A stretch of 39,138 nt of DNA, from positions 60,971,468 to 61,010,605 of the forward strand of contig NC_068993.1 in NCBI RefSeq assembly GCF_001194135.2, written 5' to 3'. Both the position numbers and the translations under genes were made by a program. The first letter of the stretch is position 1, and the number at the start of each line of letters is the position of its first letter. Below are positions 37,580 through 39,138 of this stretch, one piece after another. The notes beneath the pieces are model-generated. The model did not search any database. It was not told where the DNA came from and worked only from the letters and a program-made list of their open reading frames with translations. Source of the DNA: Octopus bimaculoides. Taxonomy: Eukaryota.

Positions 37580-38210
37580 GCGCACACAAACTCAATGTCT
37601 GCATAAGTGTGTAAATATATGTATATATGTGTATGTGTTTGCCTACGTGGCTCTTCTGAATGTGTATATTATTTTGTTTGTGAATGTTTTTGTTTTTTGC
37701 ATTCCAGATTCTTTCAACGGTGTTTATTTGCTCTACGGGAATTATGTATCGACGGCGAGGGCGTAATGAAGCATAACCCTGCCATATTTCAAACACATAC
37801 GCTTACAATAGGCTTTCACAGAGACAAATATATGTTTGGTACACGTTGGCGGTCGGTCGCCGGTTGTTATGATAACTAAAAAGTGTAAGCGTTCTAAACA
37901 TCGGCATCTGTTCCAGAGATATTAAGTTTTTTCCTGATTAACTGTCTCTTTAGATGAAGCCCGGTCGCCGTTAGCCCGACATATAAGTATATACACGCGC
38001 GCATGCGTGTATGTGTATGTATATATATGTATGTATACCTGCATGTATGTATATGTATCTGTATATCTGTATATACATTTCGCTTAGGCATAGCAATACT
38101 AATAACTTGGTGTAAGATCTCAATATATACATACGTTTCTGAGAAAAGTGTTTGTGAGGGAATAAGTAATTATGTAATAAACTTCATATGTGTGTGTGTG
38201 TTTGTGTGTT

Positions 38211-38244
<34 letters not shown>

Positions 38245-38533
38245 CCAAAAGAGTTAGGGGTTGAGGATCCAACCCGCTAAGGGATAATATCCATTCAATA
38301 TACTGCTGGGAGGGTACCCAATTATTGTTACACTAGTGTTATACCAAGTGCAGTCCTATAAATTTGAAATCTTAATTGTTGATATGACATGGTATGTCAT
38401 AAGTGTCAGTATATTGTGTTTTTTGTTAATTTAGTTATAAAATAAACAGATTAATCAATGGCTTTCCACAAAGCCACTGCAAAACCTTTTAATGCATCAC
38501 ACTAATATTTCTGTTGTATTCCCAACCTTCAAC

Positions 38534-38810
38534 TTTAATCCGGCATTTTAACGTTTCCATCATCTCCACTGCTATCAACTTTAATCCGGCATTGTACTAT
38601 TTCTATAATCTCAATTTCCATGCGTTTTAATCCGGCTCTTTATAGTTTCTATGATCTTCACTACCTCCCCGTTTAATCCACCATTCTATTCTTCTTACTA
38701 TATTCCTTATAAGCCCTTTATTTCGAAACTCTGCCGTTTCTATCAGCTCTGCTAACTCCCATTCTAATTCTATTTCACTTATATTGGCTACTGTTCCTTT
38801 TAATCCGGCA
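38534..38810. repeat. Degenerate 46-bp minisatellite with conserved TTTAATCC(GGCA) core
   Basis: TTTAATCC starts at 38534, 38580, 38626 and 38672 (exact 46-bp spacing) and again at 38799. Confidence 0.85.
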
Positions 38811-39106
38811 CCTTGCTGTTTTATCATCGATCCTTCCATTCTTTACATCTATATGCAATAAAAATGTTTTAACAAAAATTCTATATTATTTACCAATATC
38901 GTTTCATTAGTATTTCAAAAGGAATACAAAACAGAAAAAAAACATCGTCCTTTATTTAAAATGGTAGAACCAATTATTTCGTACCAGCTTTTTTTATATG
39001 ATCTTAGTAAATCGAGAAAAGAGAATGATCCGCGCTTGTGCGTGTGTGTGTGTAATATATACATACATACATTACATAAAGCACAGAACATCTCTTTTAT
39101 ACATAC

Positions 39107-39138
<32 letters not shown>

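Noticed and set aside
38534-38810. CRISPR-like reading (12-bp repeat plus 34-bp spacers) and ORF 38627-38839
   Set aside because: The repeat is too short, the spacers resemble each other, there are no cas genes and the context is eukaryotic. The ORF is a translation of the minisatellite.

Overview
AT-rich, microsatellite-saturated eukaryotic DNA from a gapped draft assembly. There are 11 N-gaps (843-1666, 4154-4358, 5203-5496, 6240-7028, 9766-10467, 11557-12143, 12311-12320, 13990-14139, 25833-26040, 30351-31065, 35685-35694; about 4.5 kb in total), most flanked by simple repeats. The repeat families and microsatellite density look like an octopus/cephalopod genome; this is inference from recognition, not a search. 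No intact protein-coding gene is recognisable, and nearly all long entries in the ORF track are translations of N-runs or microsatellites. The window is an intronic or intergenic transposon graveyard. It holds several tRNA-headed SINE families, three RTE/BovB-type LINE remnants, three R4/Dong-type LINE remnants and a dead hAT transposase with nested insertions. The unexpected signal is four minimal type-I hammerhead ribozyme (HHR) motifs in four different sequence contexts. One has a fully canonical core and sits in the loop of a 320-bp TA-flanked fold-back element with ~94-bp inverted arms (17416-17735). One forms the 3' half of a tRNA-headed SINE-like element (27676-27944). Two degenerate ones lie in inserts that interrupt adjacent SINE copies (33092-33152, 33881-33916). 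Other notable items are an inverted SINE pair joined at a perfect 20-bp palindrome, a 46-bp-phased TTTAATCC(GGCA) array and a few unassigned candidate exons.
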